From: Nemertoderma westbladi
Taxonomy: Eukaryota; Animalia; Xenacoelomorpha
NCBI GenBank assembly: GCA_032718475.1
Contig: JAUCBJ010001560.1
Location: 19,108-83,107, forward strand
Length of the DNA stretch: 64,000 nucleotides
Reading direction: 5' to 3'
This document shows positions 61,557-64,000 of this stretch, piece by piece. Under the pieces are notes generated by a model that worked only from the letters and a program-made list of their open reading frames with translations, was not told the origin of the DNA and did no database searches. Both the position numbers and the translations under genes were made by a program. The stretch's first letter is position 1, and each line of letters begins with the position of its first letter.

Positions 61557-64000
61557 GTAAGTTCCGTTGTATCTCTACAGAGTTCCATCAAAGTAAGTTC
61601 CGTTGTATCTCTACAGAGTCCCTACAAAGTAAGTTCTGTTGTATCTCTACAGAGTTCCTACAAAGTAAGTTCTGTTGTATCTCTACAGAGTTCCATCAAA
61701 GTAAGTTCCGTTGTATCTCTACAGAGTTCCGTCAAAGTAAGTTCCGTTGTATCTCTACAGAGTCCCTTCAAAGTAAGTTCAGTTGTATCTCTACAGAGTT
61801 CCTTCAAAGTAAGTTCCGTTGTATCTCTACAGAGTCCCGTCAAAGTAGGTTCCGTTGTATCTCTACAGAGTTCCATCAAAGTAAGTTCCGTTGTATCTCT
61901 ACAGAGTCCCGTCAAAGTAAGTTCCATTGTATCTCTACAGAGTTCCATCAAAGTAAGTTCCGTTGTATCTCTACAGAGTTCCATCAAAGTAAGTTCCGTT
62001 GTATCTCTACAGAGTCCCGTCAAAGTAGGTTCCGTTGTATCTCTACAGAGTCCCGTCAAAGTAAGTTCCGTTGTATCTCTACAGAATTCCTACAAAGTAA
62101 GTTCCGTTGTATCTCTACAGAGTCCCTTCAAAGTAAGTTCCGTTGTATCTCTACAGAGTCCCTTCAAAGTAAGTTACGTTGTATCTCTACAGAGTTCCTT
62201 CAAAGTAAGTTCCGTTGTATCTCTACAGAGTTCCATTAAAGTAAGTTCCGTTGTATCTCTAGAGAGTTCCATCAAAGTAAGTTCCGTTGTATCTCTACAG
62301 AGTCCCGTCAAAGTAAGTTCCATTGTATCTCTACAGAGTTCCATCAAAGTAAGTTCCGTTGTATCTCTACAGAGTCCCGTCAAAGTAAGTTCCATTGTAT
62401 CTCTACAGAGTTCCATCAAAGTAAGTTCCGTTGTATCTCTACAGAGTCCCTTCAAAGTAAGTTCCGTTGTATCTCTACAAAGTCCCTTCAAAGTAAGTTC
62501 CGTTGTATCTCTACAGAGTCCCTTCAAAGTAAGTTCCGTTGTATCTCTACAGAGTTCCTTCAAAGTAAGTTCCGTTGTATATCTACAGAGTCCCTTCAAA
62601 GTAAGTTCCGTTGTATCTCTCTCTATAGAGTCCCGCCAAAGTAAGTTCCGTTGTATCTCTACAGAATTCCTACAAAGTAAGTTCCGTTGTATCTCTACAG
62701 AGTCCCTTCAAAGTAAGTTCCGTTGTATCTCTACAGAGTCCCTTCAAAGTAAGTTCCGTTGTATCTCTACAGAGTCCCTTCAAAGTAAGTTCAGTTGTAT
62801 CTCTACAGAGTTCCTTCAAAGTAAGTTCCGTTGTATCTCTACAGAGTCCCGTCAAAGTAGGTTCCGTTGTATCTCTACAGAGTTCCATCAAAGTAAGTTC
62901 CGTTGTATCTCTACAGAGTCCCGTCAAAGTAAGTTCCATTGTATCTCTACAGAGTTCCATCAAAGTAAGTTCCGTTGTATCTCTACAGAGTTCCATCAAA
63001 GTAAGTTCCGTTGTATCTCTACAGAGTCCCGTCAAAGTAGGTTCCGTTGTATCTCTACAAAGTCCCTTCAAAGTAAGTTCCGTTGTATCTCTACAGAGTC
63101 CCTTCAAAGTAAGTTCCGTTGTATCTCTACAAAGTCCCTTCAAAGTAAGTTCCGTTGTATCTCTACAGAGTCCCTTCAAAGTAAGTTCCGTTGTATCTCT
63201 ACAGAGTTCCTTCAAAGTAAGTTCCGTTGTATATCTACAGAGTCTCTTCAAAGTAAGTTCCGTTGTATCTCTCTCTATAGAGTTCCATCAAAGTAAGTTC
63301 CGTTGTATCTCTACAGAGTCCCTTCAAAGTAAGTTCCGTTGTATATCTACAGAGTCCCTTCAAAGTAAGTTCCGTTGTATCTCTCTCTATAGAGTTCCGT
63401 CAAAGTAAGTTCCGTTGTATCTCTACAGAGTTCCATCGAAGTAAGTTCCGTTGTATCTCTACAGAGTTCCATCGAAGTAAGTTCCGTTGTATCTCTACAG
63501 AGTCCCTTCAAAGTAAGTTCCGTTGTATCTCTACAGAGTCCCTTCAAAGTAAGTTCCGTTGTATCTCTCTCTATAGAGTCCCGCCAAAGTAAGTTCCGCT
63601 GTATCTCTACAGAGTTCCTTCAAAGTAAGTTCCGTTGTATCTCTACAGAGTTCCATCAAAGTAAGTTCCGTTGTATCTCTACAGAGTTCCATCAAAGTAA
63701 GTTCCGTTGTATCTCTACAGAGTCCCGCCAAAGTAAGTTCCGTTGTATCTCTACAGAGTTCCATCAAAGTAAGTTCCGTTGTATCTCTACAGAGTCCCTT
63801 CAAAGTAAGTTCCGTTGTATCTCTACAGAGTCCCTTCAAAGTAAGTTCCGTTGTATCTCTACAGAGTCCCTTCAAAGTAAGTTCCGTTGTATCTCTACAG
63901 AGTTCCATCAAAGTAAGTTCCGTTGTATCTCTACAGAGTCCCTTCAAAGTAAGTTCCGTTGTATCTCTCTCTATAGAGTTCCGTCAAAGTAAGTTCCGTT
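61533..64000 (+). repeat. 36-bp array, at least 68 copies, made of the WDR7 exon 6 end plus its donor; runs off the window
   Basis: Unit GTATCTCTACAGAGTTCCATCAAA|GTAAGTTCCGTT (24 nt exon + 12 nt intron), with occasional 40-bp variants. Confidence 0.97.

Noticed and set aside
61512-63947. 594-aa and antisense ORFs in the 36-bp array
   Set aside because: They are translations of the tandem unit in non-WDR7 frames; the real exon ends at 61556.
5618-64000. Arrays as CRISPR loci
   Set aside because: The units are contiguous with no unique spacers, there are no cas genes, and the context is eukaryotic.

Overview
This is animal (invertebrate-type) nuclear DNA: AT-rich, with spliceosomal introns and many repeats. 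Supported genes: (1) a 4.3-kb single-exon Citron-like ORF (coiled coil-C1-PH-CNH) with no kinase domain in the window; (2) a spliced minus-strand atonal-related bHLH gene; (3) the first six coding exons of WDR7/rabconnectin-3 beta, with a nested antisense intronless SKA2-like gene in intron 3; (4) two uncharacterised ORFs. Mobile DNA includes four 5'-truncated copies of one RTE-clade LINE, several non-autonomous TIR elements with readable target-site duplications (hAT-, MULE-, Merlin- and PIF-like), two Helentron/HINE-like copies and tRNA-like Pol III heads. There are eight large minisatellite arrays. In three cases where the exon structure can be read (38-, 47- and 36-bp units), the repeat unit is the 3' end of a coding exon plus its GT splice donor, amplified 12 to about 68 times into the intron. 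In the 36-bp array the common copy-to-copy variation sits at wobble positions of the parent exon's reading frame, and each unit also looks like a frame-preserving 12-nt micro-exon. All calls were made by eye; gene names come from recalled motif similarity, not database searches.
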